Positions 29,941-39,915 are shown, counted from the first letter of the stretch. The stretch is DNA of 64,000 nucleotides from an uncultured Campylobacter sp. (GCF_937973075.1 NZ_CALBWL010000051.1:8335-72334); one strand, 5' to 3'. The notes: generated from the letters alone by a model not told the origin. Made by a program: numbers and translations.

Positions 29941-30020
29941 ATTAGATCGATCGGCTTGATTTGATCGTTTTGATCGTTCGCTCTGATCGACTCCTCTAGC
30001 CAGCTCGATTTGATCGGTTC
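29941..30020. repeat. Cluster of TGATCG/GATC repeats
   Basis: Six GATC sites in about 80 nt: AGATCGATCGG, TTTGATCGTT twice, CTGATCGAC and TTTGATCGGT. Confidence 0.7.
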
Positions 30021-30294
30021 GCGTCGTTTTAGTGAAGTTTGAAACCGTCAGGCAGTTGGTGATTGTGGAGCGGTTTGCGCTGCCGTTCGGGCTTTGGTGT
30101 ATTTTGTAATCGCTGCGGCGATAAATTTTGCCCTTTTATCGGCAAAATTCTGTCCGCGCTATTTTTTATCGTGCGCTTGCTTTGTGGGCGCGGTAGAATT
30201 TACTCTGCTAGTTTGGGTTGCATTGCTCGCAGTCATTGCGGCAAAGCTTTACGAGCGCTTTTAAATCAGCGCAAATTTAATTAAAGGAAAAACA

Positions 30295-30912
30295 ATGATA
30301 GAGATGTTTTTATGCTCCTATTTTGCGGGTGCGGCGACGCTTTTTGAGGACTATGCGAGACAAAATATCCGCGCTAAGGAGGTGCTTTTTATCCCGACCG
30401 CCGCAAACGTAGAGGAGTACCGAGACTACGTGGACGAGGCGAAAGAGGCGTTTTCTAAAATGGGCTTTACGCTTCAAATTTTAGACGTTTCCAAAGCTAG
30501 CGAGGCTGAAGCGAAGGCAAAGATCGGCGCGGCGCAGGTGCTTTACGTAAGCGGCGGCAACACATTTTATCTTTTGCGCGAGCTTAAAAAGAAGGATCTG
30601 TTAACCCTCATCGCAGATCGCGTCCGAAGCGGCAAGCTCGTGTACGTGGGCGAATCGGCAGGCGCGATGATCGCTGCACCCAGCGTGGAGTACGTGGCAG
30701 TGATGGACGATGCGGGCAACTACGGGGCTGCGGCGCAAACGGGGCTTGATCTGGTGAAATTTTACCCCGTGCCGCACTACGGCGAAGAGCCCTTCGTGCA
30801 AAGCGCGGACGAAATTTTAAAAATTTACGGCGGCAAGCTAAATTTGACGCCGATAAATAACGCCGAAGCAATCGCAGTGCACGGCGATAAATTTGAAATT
30901 TTAGGGCGGTAA
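30295..30912 (+). CDS. Peptidase E-like (S51) / type-1 glutamine amidotransferase-like protein
   Basis: 205 aa. Nucleophile elbow VGESAGAM and downstream PHYG, as in the S51 family. Confidence 0.75.
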   Translation: MIEMFLCSYFAGAATLFEDYARQNIRAKEVLFIPTAANVEEYRDYVDEAKEAFSKMGFTLQILDVSKASEAEAKAKIGAAQVLYVSGGNTFYLLRELKKKDLLTLIADRVRSGKLVYVGESAGAMIAAPSVEYVAVMDDAGNYGAAAQTGLDLVKFYPVPHYGEEPFVQSADEILKIYGGKLNLTPINNAEAIAVHGDKFEILGR

Positions 30913-31049
30913 ACTGCGGCGTAAAAGTAAAATTTAGTAATTAAACGCTTCGTAAAATTTACGCTTATATTTTCGCATAGGGCTGCGAGGTGGAATTTGA
31001 ACTTAGGTGCAGCGAGTCGCTAACGAATAAATTTAATCAAAGGATCAAA

Positions 31050-31628
31050 ATGAAAATATTACTTATCAATGGCGGAGCACCTTTTAACGGCAAAGGCGGC
31101 AAGCTAAGCAAGACGCTGCACGAGCTAGCCAAAAAAACGCTACAAGCCCTAGGGCACGAAACGCGCGAAACTACGATATTTGAGGGCTACGATATAGAGG
31201 GCGAGGTAGAAAAATTTCTATGGATGGATGCCGTGATCTGGCAGATGCCCGCGTGGTGGATGGGCGAGCCTTGGCTAGTCAAAAAGTACGTGGACGAGGT
31301 GTTTATGGGCGGCATAGGCAAGATAGTGGCAAACGACGGGCGGCACAGCGCGAGCCCAAACGACGGCTACGGCACAGGCGGGCTGATAAAGGGCAAATCG
31401 CACATGCTAAGCGTTACTTGGAATGCGCCGCTTCAGGCGTTTGATAAGCCGGGCGATTTTTTCGAGGGCGTGGGCGTGGACGGCGTTTATCTGCATTTTC
31501 ATAAGGCAAATGAGTTTTTAGGCACGAAAAGGCTACCTACTTTTATGTGCAACGACGTCGTTAAAAATCCTGATGTGGAGCGTTTTATGAAAGATTACGA
31601 AGCGCATCTAAAAAGGGTTTTCGGCTAG
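31050..31628 (+). CDS. mdaB: NADPH:quinone oxidoreductase MdaB
   Basis: I placed the start at MKILLINGG, which follows AAAGGA. DAVIWQMPAWWMGEPWLVKKYVDEVF is typical of MdaB. Confidence 0.85.
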   Translation: MKILLINGGAPFNGKGGKLSKTLHELAKKTLQALGHETRETTIFEGYDIEGEVEKFLWMDAVIWQMPAWWMGEPWLVKKYVDEVFMGGIGKIVANDGRHSASPNDGYGTGGLIKGKSHMLSVTWNAPLQAFDKPGDFFEGVGVDGVYLHFHKANEFLGTKRLPTFMCNDVVKNPDVERFMKDYEAHLKRVFG

Positions 31629-31867
31629 CCTTAACGGACTCAAACGAGTTTATTTGCTCTTAATACAGCGCCAGATGAGCTAAAGCGGATTATAAAATCG
31701 CTTCTTAAACTCGGATATTACGACACTTGTGAAATTTTAAAATAATGCCAAGCAGTACTTGTTCGAGTGTGGCTTGCGACGCGCGAGGTTTTCGTAAATC
31801 GCGAGATTCGAGCTTTGCTCGGCTGAGTGACACTGCGTGATGTGTGGGAGGTGTGAAATTTGCGGCA

Positions 31868-31920
31868 TTGCGGCGTGAAATTTCGAGTCTTGCGGCGTGA
31901 AATTTCGAGTCTTGCGGCGC
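31868..31920. repeat. 22-bp tandem repeat, 2.4 copies
   Basis: TTGCGGCGTGAAATTTCGAGTC at 31868-31889 and 31890-31911, then the partial copy TTGCGGCGC. Confidence 0.85.
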
Positions 31921-32247
31921 GCGATTTATGCAGTCACTATATAAAATTTCATACGGCTGTCGCAGCTTTTAAGTCTGTGTGAAATAAAACTTGCGAAACG
32001 ACGTGGCATTTTGCGATCGTTTTAAATTTTGCAAATGCGCTGTATTTTAGCTCGGCGCGAGATAAAATTTTACGCGGCGCACTTTTATGTGATGTACGCG
32101 TCTGGCTTGCCGTTGCTCGTTAGTGCCATGTCGGCGAGTGCCTAAGTATGGATGAGCGCGATGGCTGGCTCGTGTAACTATTAGCGTGCCGTTCAGTGCT
32201 GCTAGTGGCTTTAAGAGGCGCGATGTGTATTTACTATAGGGGAAGAG

Positions 32248-32709
32248 ATGGTTAAACTCGATATGCTTAAATTCTTTCGCTTGGGCGAGTTTGCGGGCGT
32301 AGAAAGAGGCTTGAGCTGCGCGCAGACCATCGCGATGCTTGGCTCTGCGGATGCGAGCTTTAAGAGCGCTGGAGCTGAAATTTTAAGATACGGCGCCTTT
32401 GAATTTCACTTTTTTCGGGGCGAAATTTTTATGATTTTTTCGGATCATTTTAGAAGTGGGCCTCTAAATTTCGGCGGCGCAAGGGCGCGGCAAATCGAAA
32501 TAGAGCCTTGGATATTTAGCGGAGCCCCTATCGATCTTGCGGCGGTGAAAGGCGCTTTAAATCGTGAGCGAATCGAGTATCGCGAGCGCGCAACGGATGA
32601 GGGTTTGAAGCTAAGCTTAAGCAACGGCGTTACGCTTGCGTTTGAAAGCTTGAGCGGGTTGGGCGAGCCCCGTGGCTACGAGCTTGCCGCATTTTGGATA
32701 AAATTTTAA
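32248..32709 (+). CDS. Hypothetical protein (153 aa)
   Basis: RBS GGGGAAGAG. No family recognised. The general shape resembles small immunity-type proteins, but that is only an impression. Confidence 0.5.
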   Translation: MVKLDMLKFFRLGEFAGVERGLSCAQTIAMLGSADASFKSAGAEILRYGAFEFHFFRGEIFMIFSDHFRSGPLNFGGARARQIEIEPWIFSGAPIDLAAVKGALNRERIEYRERATDEGLKLSLSNGVTLAFESLSGLGEPRGYELAAFWIKF

Positions 32710-33207
32710 CCGGAAAAGCGTGGGCGAAATCTAGGTAACAAAGTAAAATTCAGCCGAGTGAAAATAAGCGGCCGCTTGGATAAAATTTGACCAAAAATGC
32801 AAAATTTCGCGGATGAAATTTAACGAGTAAGGATTTAGGCGAAATTTTAACGCAAAGCCCGTGAGTACCCATAAATCGGCATTGTGAGCACTTGTGCATC
32901 TATATCGCAGGCTTTGTTTATTCGCGCTGTATGTTTTGTTCATCTATCTCACAAACGTCCTACTGGGTTCATTCTGCGCTAGCTCGAGATATTTTTTAAA
33001 ATTTCAAAGCATGATTTAGCCGGAATTTCATAAAACTTGCCAATAACAATCGATCCTGAAGCTGAAAGATCTGCAAATAGATCTTAAATTATATTCACTT
33101 GATAAAATTTTTTAAAACAATATTAGTATTATTTTATAAAAACTATTGACTTATTTAACCCTCTTTTGATAAACTATCGCATCAATTTTACCGCAAAGGA
33201 AACACAG

Positions 33208-33846
33208 ATGGATCAAAATTCCCTCCTATATAAGGTGCTTAATTGCCTGTCAAATTCGCAAAGCATATTTGTAAATTGCATAAGGTTTGCAATTTTCGTC
33301 GTCATGATCTGGATAGGCGGCCTAAAAGTCGTGCAGTATGAGGCGGACGGCATCGTGCCTTTCGTCACGAACAGCCCGTTTTTCAGCTATCTGATGAAAA
33401 ATAAAGATGTAGTCGACAACGGCAAGAGCAAAATGGTCGCGGAGTATAATCTGCACAAAAACCCCGAAGGCTTGGTCGTGCCGGATAATATCAAATGGCA
33501 TAAATCAAACGGCACCTACACAGCTTCTTACATTATCGGCGCGACGATTTGCTCGATCGGCATCTTGATGCTGCTTGGCATATGGTTCCCAAAAATTGGC
33601 GTCGTAGGCGGACTTTTGACCTTCGGTATGGCTATCGTTACGCTATCGTTTTTGATAACGACGCCCGAAACCTGGGTGCCGAATTTGGGCAATCCCGCCC
33701 TCGGCATAACAGAGAGCCCGAACCACGGCTTCCCGTATCTCTCTGGCGCGGGCAGGCTGGTGATAAAGGATCTGATAATGATGTGCGGCGGTTTGATAGC
33801 GGCTGCGGATGCGGCTAAAAGGTGGCTGCAAAGTCTTTCGAAGTAA
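33208..33846 (+). CDS. DUF417/YkgB-family inner-membrane protein
   Basis: I placed the start at MDQNSLLYK, which follows AAGGAA. IWIGGLKVVQYEADGIVPFV is the DUF417 signature as I recall it. Confidence 0.7.
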   Translation: MDQNSLLYKVLNCLSNSQSIFVNCIRFAIFVVMIWIGGLKVVQYEADGIVPFVTNSPFFSYLMKNKDVVDNGKSKMVAEYNLHKNPEGLVVPDNIKWHKSNGTYTASYIIGATICSIGILMLLGIWFPKIGVVGGLLTFGMAIVTLSFLITTPETWVPNLGNPALGITESPNHGFPYLSGAGRLVIKDLIMMCGGLIAAADAAKRWLQSLSK

Positions 33847-34479
33847 ATTATAAAGCTAAAATTCTATCTCGCGGCGGGCGCAGGGCTAAATTTTACCGCC
33901 GCGAGCGCTAAATTTAACGCTCCTGTAGTTTTGCCTGCAAGCTTAAAATACGTACGTAGCATAAATTTTCCCGTTGTGTTTCGCGGTGCGCTACCGCTAG
34001 ATTTGATCTGCGGTTTAATTTCTTTGGAGCAAAAGAGCTTAATTGCGGCCGTCTTTCTAAATTCTCCGATTTGCTCCTCGCAGCGTCTTGATTGAGGCGA
34101 TATGGCCCGTGCTTTTAGATGCGGACCGTGCAAGCTTTGTAAATGTGGATTTTAAGTGATGCTTGCAATTTTGCAGTCAGATATGGATAGAGGTAGTCGG
34201 CGTCGATGGATGCGCTGAAATTTGCACCGATAGGCACGTATAGAGGTCGATAGAGCTAGAAATTAAATGCCCGCTCGGTCAAAGCCGGTCGAGCTAGTTT
34301 AGAGAGCCGCATACCGATAGGGCTTCCAAAAAGTTTAAAAGCCGGAGGCAAATGAGCAATTGAGTATCACTCTACGCAGATATTTGGAAGGCACGACCAA
34401 AGCGACAAATTTAAAGAGAGAACCTACTTTTTTATTATAAAATTTAGCCCAAATTTAAGGCTAAATTTTTACGCGCTTC

Positions 34480-36198
34480 CTAATTTTCCTCGGCTAATTT
34501 TTTCTCTATAAATTTTAAAATTTCATCCTCGCTTACGCTCTGCCGCTTTAGACCTGCGCGAGTGATGAACTCGACGCTTTCCTCCGCTAGGGCTTTTCCC
34601 GCGAGCACGGCATACGGAAAGCCCATCAGCTCGAAGTCGTTCATCTTCACGCCAAAGCGCTCCGCGCGATCGTCCAGTAGTACGCGGATGCCGCGCTCGC
34701 GACACTGCTCGTATAGTTTTTCGGCAAATTCTACCGCTGCCGCGTCTTTGTGATTTGAGATGATGATCTCAAGCTCGAAAGGCGCCAGCTCGCGCGGCCA
34801 CACGCAGCCTTTCTCGTCATGGCTGCTTTCGATCGCCACGGCGATAAGGCGGCTTGCGCCGATGCCGTAGCAGCCCATGTAAAACGCACGAGCCTTGCCG
34901 TTTGCATCCAAAAATCGCGCTCCCATCGGCTCTGAATAGCGCGTGCCGAGCTGAAAGATATGACCCACCTCGATGCCCTTCGTGATGCCAAGCTCGCCGC
35001 CGCAGCACGGACATGCGTCGCCCGCGCCCACGGCCGCGAGATCCGCAAAGCGCGATTCGTTAAAATTTATCACGCTTGCGCCCACGTAGTGGTAATCCGG
35101 CTCGTTCGCGCCTGCGATCATCTCGCGCGCTCCTTTTAGTTCGACGTCGATATAAAATTTAGCTCCCTCGCCGAGCCCGAAAGGTCCGCAAAAGCCCGCC
35201 GTAAAGCCCACTCGCGCGATCTCCTCCTCGTTAGCATCGACTAACTCTAGCGCGCCGCAGGCATTTTGCGCCTTGGTCTCTTGCAGCTCGTCGCACCCGC
35301 GGATAAAAAACGCTACGATCTCGCTGCGATCCTCGTATAGCGCTTTTTTGATCACCGCTTTGACGGTGTAGAATTTATCCACTTTGAAAAATTCCGCCAC
35401 CGCGTCGATCGTTTTCATCGCGGGGGTTTTAAATTTCATCATGCCGTCGGTCTCGGGTGCTGCGGCGTTCGTGGTTTTGGGCGCACGGCGCGCAGCCTCG
35501 ATGTTTGCGGCATACTCGCAGCGCTTGCACACAACGATATCGTCCTCGCCGTTGTCCGCTAGCACCATAAACTCCTTGCTGCCGCTGCCGCCGATCGCGC
35601 CGCTGTCCGCATCGACCGCTCTAAAATTTAACCCCAGTCGCGTAAAAATCCGCGAGTACGCCTGCCTCATCACCTCAAACTCGCGCTTCATATCCGCAGT
35701 GTCTGCGTGGAAGCTATAGGCGTCCTTCATCGTAAATTCGCGTCCGCGCAGAAGCCCGAAGCGAGGGCGCGCCTCGTCGCGGAATTTCGTATTGATCTGA
35801 TAGATATTTAGCGGCAGCTGCTTGTAGCTCGTGATCTTATCCGCTACCATCAAAACCGCCGCTTCCTCGTTGGTAGGGCTTAGTACGAAGTCGTTATCCT
35901 TGCGATCTTTGAAGCGCAGCAGCTCCTTGCCGTATTTGGCGTAGCGACCGCTTTTTTTCCACGCATCCGCGGACGTCACGACGCTAAAAGAGACCTCCTG
36001 CGCGCCCGCAGCGTCCATCTCCTGCCTGATGACGGCGCAGATCCGCTCTAGCACTATCTTTCCTAGCGGCAAAAAATTATAAAGCCCGCTGCCCAGCTGC
36101 TCGATAAATCCCGCGCGGATCAAAAGCGCGTGGCTAGGTAGTACCGCGTCTCTGGGGGCCTCTTTTAGGCTTGGAGCGAAAAGCTTGCTAAATTTCAT
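34480..36198 (-). CDS. proS: Proline--tRNA ligase
   Basis: Class II aaRS with an editing-domain insertion (RPRFGLLRGREFTMKDAYSF, GCYGIGASR). I placed the start at MKFSKLFAP, overlapping the hemA end. Confidence 0.95.
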   Translation of the reverse strand: MKFSKLFAPSLKEAPRDAVLPSHALLIRAGFIEQLGSGLYNFLPLGKIVLERICAVIRQEMDAAGAQEVSFSVVTSADAWKKSGRYAKYGKELLRFKDRKDNDFVLSPTNEEAAVLMVADKITSYKQLPLNIYQINTKFRDEARPRFGLLRGREFTMKDAYSFHADTADMKREFEVMRQAYSRIFTRLGLNFRAVDADSGAIGGSGSKEFMVLADNGEDDIVVCKRCEYAANIEAARRAPKTTNAAAPETDGMMKFKTPAMKTIDAVAEFFKVDKFYTVKAVIKKALYEDRSEIVAFFIRGCDELQETKAQNACGALELVDANEEEIARVGFTAGFCGPFGLGEGAKFYIDVELKGAREMIAGANEPDYHYVGASVINFNESRFADLAAVGAGDACPCCGGELGITKGIEVGHIFQLGTRYSEPMGARFLDANGKARAFYMGCYGIGASRLIAVAIESSHDEKGCVWPRELAPFELEIIISNHKDAAAVEFAEKLYEQCRERGIRVLLDDRAERFGVKMNDFELMGFPYAVLAGKALAEESVEFITRAGLKRQSVSEDEILKFIEKKLAEEN

Positions 36199-37744
36199 TT
36201 TGTTTGTCCTTTTTCTCATTTTCTTGATTTAAAAATTTTTCGTAGTTTTCTTGCAGTTCAAAAATTTCGACCAGCGCGTTTACCGCGTTATCGGCATTAT
36301 CTGCGTCGCCGAGGTTTTTTAAATTTACCGTCGGAGCGTGCAGAAACGCTTTAAAAACCTGATGGATCAGCTTGCGCGCCTCCTCTGCATCGCTGTGCTT
36401 TAGATAGCCCTTTTTAAGCGCTTTGGCTAGCTCTAGCTCGGCTACTTGTTTTGCGCTTTGGCGCAAAGCCTTGATGATCGGCGTGGATGCCGCCGCCCTC
36501 AGCCATTTGAAAAACTCGTTCGTGCATTTTGCCACGATCGAATAGGCGATCTGCGCCTGCTCCTCGCGAAGCAGCAAATTTTTCTTTACGATCTCCTCCA
36601 GATCATCGACGCTGTAAACCTCGACGTCCTCGCTTTGGCTAAGCTCTACGTCGCGCGGCACGGCTATATCGAAAAAATATCGCTTAAAGCTTTTGGGTTC
36701 TAGCAAGCTATCGGTAATGATCGACTCTTGCGAGCCAGTAGCACTGAAAAATAGGCTATTTACGTTTAAGTATTTTTTGAGATTATCAAGACTATCGATT
36801 TTAATGCGGGATTGTGCCTGCGCGGAGGAATTCGCGAAGGGGGCAGAATTTTTATCGCCTTTGGAATTTTCGCCTGCTATGTGAGATTTATTGCCGTCTG
36901 TGAAAATCTTTTTATTAAAATTTACGCTGTCTTTGGAATTTTGTTTTTGCGCGACATTTTCGCCTGCGAAATTCGCGACATTTCCGGAATTTAAGCCATT
37001 TGAATTTTTTCCTGCGCCGGGATTTTCATCCGCGCAATTTTTCGCATCCAAGGAATTTTCGCCAAGCAACGAGGCGGCTAGCCTCCGCGCGCCGGCTAAA
37101 TTTCGATTTAAGATCGTGATATTTGCGCCGCTTGCGAGCAGGTGTTTGCACGCTAGCTCGCTCATCTCTCCCGCGCCCACTACCACGGCGTTTACGCCCT
37201 GCAAGGAGCCTAGCTTTTCCTTTGCCATCGCCACGGCGACGCTTGAGACCGAGATCGGGTTTTTTGAAATTTCGGTCTGGTTGCGGATGCGTGCCGCACA
37301 CTTTAGCGCTTCATCTATCGCTCTTGCGATCTGCGCGCCAGCGTGGGAGTTTTGTTTGGCAAATTTAAAGGCGTCTTTGAGTTGGCCTACGATCTGCGTT
37401 TCGCCCACTACGAGGCTGTCAAGAGAGGCTGCAACGGCGAAAAGGTGGTGTATCGCGCCGTAATCCTCGTAAATATCGGCGCGCTCGGCTAGCTCGTCGT
37501 AGCTCACGCCGCTTACGCGTGAAAGCGCCAAAAGCACGAATTTGCTGGCTGCTTTGAAGTCGCTTACGGCGGTAAAAATTTCAACGCGGTTGCAGGTGCT
37601 AAGCACCAAACACTCCTCTATCGCGGAGTTTGAAGCCAAAAGGCGCAAAATTTCTTTCTTACGCACATCGTTTGAAAACGACAGCTTCTCGCGCACCGTG
37701 ATGTCCGTGTTTTTGTGGGTGAAGCTCACGCTCATATACGCCAT
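36188..37744 (-). CDS. hemA: Glutamyl-tRNA reductase with an internal low-complexity insertion of about 84 aa
   Basis: HKNTDITVREK, STCNRVE and GETQI motifs, with GAGEMSE in the NADPH domain. The ATG at 37744 shares the A of the ispB TGA. About 90-100 aa longer than typical HemA. Confidence 0.9.
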   Translation of the reverse strand: MAYMSVSFTHKNTDITVREKLSFSNDVRKKEILRLLASNSAIEECLVLSTCNRVEIFTAVSDFKAASKFVLLALSRVSGVSYDELAERADIYEDYGAIHHLFAVAASLDSLVVGETQIVGQLKDAFKFAKQNSHAGAQIARAIDEALKCAARIRNQTEISKNPISVSSVAVAMAKEKLGSLQGVNAVVVGAGEMSELACKHLLASGANITILNRNLAGARRLAASLLGENSLDAKNCADENPGAGKNSNGLNSGNVANFAGENVAQKQNSKDSVNFNKKIFTDGNKSHIAGENSKGDKNSAPFANSSAQAQSRIKIDSLDNLKKYLNVNSLFFSATGSQESIITDSLLEPKSFKRYFFDIAVPRDVELSQSEDVEVYSVDDLEEIVKKNLLLREEQAQIAYSIVAKCTNEFFKWLRAAASTPIIKALRQSAKQVAELELAKALKKGYLKHSDAEEARKLIHQVFKAFLHAPTVNLKNLGDADNADNAVNALVEIFELQENYEKFLNQENEKKDKQNEI

Positions 37745-38736
37745 CAAAACTCCCTATCTATCATATCTCGCACGATTTGCTCCAGCTTGTCGTTTTTAAA
37801 TTCCACCACGGCTTCAAGCGCCTTTTGCCCGTAGGCGCGAGCTTCGTTTATACAGCGCTCGATGATGCCGTGCTCGCTAAGCTTCGCCTTGATCCATGAA
37901 ATTTCGCTCTGGCAGAGCTGCTTTTTAAAAAACGATTTTAGCTTTTGCCGCTCAGAATCATTTAAATTTTCGTATAGATAGATGTAGGGCAGGGTGGTTT
38001 TTCCCTCCGCAAAATCGCTCAGACTCGGCTTGCCTAGCGCTCCTGAGCTTTGCGTGACGTCTAAGATGTCGTCGATGATCTGAAAGGCAAGCCCAAGGTT
38101 TTTGCCGTATTCACCAAATTTTGCGCTCGCGCTTGAAATTTTATCATGATCTTTCGCGGCGCTTGGAATTTCGCCCTCGTTTTTTTCGCAGCTCATATCT
38201 GAAATTTCGCCGCGATTTTCCGCGCCACCGAATTTCAAAAAAGCCCCGCAGCGCGCGACCTCTTCGATTAAGGCGGAGGTTTTTAGATAGATCATCTGCA
38301 GATATTTGCTCGCATCGTCGTTGAAATCGTTGCTTAAGCTCACGTCCATCAGCTCGCCCACTGCGAGCTTCGTGACGGCGAGCGAAAGCGCAGCGGCGAT
38401 GCAGCTTTCAAATTTAGAAAGCTCAAAGTATGCCTTGGAATAGAGTATGTCGCCCAGCATCACGGCGTTTTTGGAGCCGTAAGTGGCGTTTATCGAGGGT
38501 TTGCCGCGGCGCACCGAGCTTTCGTCGATGACGTCGTCGTGCAGCAGGCTTGCGGCTTGAATTAGCTCGATGATCGCGCACAGACGCAGCGATTTTTCAT
38601 CCTTTTGCGCGATGTTTAGCAGCAGCTTGGAGCGCAGTTTTTTGCCGGGGCTTAGCTTATCAAACATCTCGCTAGCAGGCTCGTAGCCGCAGTCTGCGAT
38701 GAAGCTTTTCATAATTAAATCAATTTGATCTTGCAT
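37744..38736 (-). CDS. ispB: Polyprenyl (octaprenyl) diphosphate synthase
   Basis: First DDxxD (LLHDDVIDES) and second (FQIIDDILD). About 37 extra residues lie before the second motif. Confidence 0.88.
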   Translation of the reverse strand: MQDQIDLIMKSFIADCGYEPASEMFDKLSPGKKLRSKLLLNIAQKDEKSLRLCAIIELIQAASLLHDDVIDESSVRRGKPSINATYGSKNAVMLGDILYSKAYFELSKFESCIAAALSLAVTKLAVGELMDVSLSNDFNDDASKYLQMIYLKTSALIEEVARCGAFLKFGGAENRGEISDMSCEKNEGEIPSAAKDHDKISSASAKFGEYGKNLGLAFQIIDDILDVTQSSGALGKPSLSDFAEGKTTLPYIYLYENLNDSERQKLKSFFKKQLCQSEISWIKAKLSEHGIIERCINEARAYGQKALEAVVEFKNDKLEQIVRDMIDREF

Positions 38737-38981
38737 TATTCGTTGTTGCTTAGGATATTCCCGCTCATTTGCAAAAATTTGTCGTTTAGCTCGTCTTGTA
38801 GATCCTGCTGCGTGATGAAGCTTTCGATCTCGCGCTCGCTAATGCCGCGCGCTTTGCAGAGCCGCTCACAGGCGATGAGGCGGATTAGAGCTTCTTCGAT
38901 CTCGTTTTGCACTAAAGTAGGGCTTGCAGCGGATAAAATTTCAAAAAATTTCTCTCTTGGGCTGCCTTCAAAAATATCCAT
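38736..38981 (-). CDS. Small conserved hypothetical protein (81 aa)
   Basis: TAATG overlap with the ispB start suggests co-translation. Acidic and helical. No family recognised. Confidence 0.55.
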   Translation of the reverse strand: MDIFEGSPREKFFEILSAASPTLVQNEIEEALIRLIACERLCKARGISEREIESFITQQDLQDELNDKFLQMSGNILSNNE

Positions 38982-39336
38982 TTACCTTCCTTAAAATTTC
39001 GCGATTATAGCAAATGTAAAATTTAATTTAGGTTAGGGCGCGGCAAACTATCGGGGCTTTTAAACAGGAACGATTGCATAGATTTTGCGCTTGCGTGTGG
39101 TAAATTTTAAACTTAAGCGCGGGATTTTGAGCTTTAAATTTCATAAATTTTAAAATTTTACTTGTTTGCGAGATAGGCAGAGCGAGCGGAATTTAAAAAT
39201 TTAATCTTGGTCGCGTGGCGGATTAAACGCGAAGCTTTGCAGATAGGCGGAATTTTAAATTTACAGATAAGCGGCTTGATTTTTTGCGGAAATTTTAAAA
39301 TTTTGTGGTGCGGGTGAAATTTTAGATTTCGCATGA

Positions 39337-39440
39337 GTGGATAGAATTTCGCTTTGTTTGAGCGATAAAATTCTTGAATTTTGCGCAGGTGGAGAGGATT
39401 TTCGCTTTGTTTGTGCGGTAAAATTTTGATTTTTGCGCGG
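39337..39440. repeat. 52-bp tandem repeat, two copies, with degenerate flanks
   Basis: GTGGATAGAATTTCGCTTTGTTTGAGCGATAAAATTCTTGAATTTTGCGCAG, then GTGGAGAGGATTTTCGCTTTGTTTGTGCGGTAAAATTTTGATTTTTGCGCGG. Confidence 0.8.
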
Positions 39441-39915
39441 CGGATAAATTCTATTCTCACAAAATCTAATCGTGTGTATAACACAGATCAGGCTTTTTAA
39501 AATTTTAAAATTCCGCCGCTTTGCGAGAATTTGAAATTTCATGGACGCGGTAGAATGCTAAAATCGCGTTTGCATTAAATTTTAAGTCTGGTTTTCGAGG
39601 CAAATTTTAAATTAAGCCGCGAGAGGGCGTCTTTAAATTTTTAAAATTCCGCCCCCTTTTACAGATAGAATTTCATTTTTCGCGCAGATAAAATATCGCA
39701 TTGCAAAAGATACTTTAAAATTTTAAATTCCACTCGCGCAGATGAAATTTCGGTTTTTGTGCTAGTGGAATTTTTCGCGCAAGGATTATTTTTAAATTTA
39801 AGCTCGCTTGCGTTGCACGCGAGGATGGAATTTACTCCGTTTTAAGAGCCTAAGCGTGATTTTGCCATGCTGCAATACTACTTTTAATTAGCTATGCCTA
39901 AAAAGCCAGGCTGCT

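Noticed and set aside
30063-30284. A 73-aa plus-strand ORF in the lpxD-pepE spacer.
   Set aside because: It has no RBS and a Cys/Arg/Phe-rich improbable sequence. It lies in repeat-like spacer DNA.
33864-34133. An 89-aa minus-strand ORF downstream of the DUF417 gene.
   Set aside because: It has no RBS, no recognisable motif, and overlaps AAATTT-rich spacer DNA.
36891-37463. A 190-aa plus-strand ORF, plus several smaller ones between 36446 and 37368.
   Set aside because: They are antisense to hemA and are shadow frames with no start signals.
39158-39542. Two overlapping minus-strand ORFs (108 and 93 aa) in the 934-bp spacer.
   Set aside because: They are translations of the tandem and degenerate repeats. 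They lack an RBS and have Lys/Ile/Phe/Arg-rich nonsense composition.
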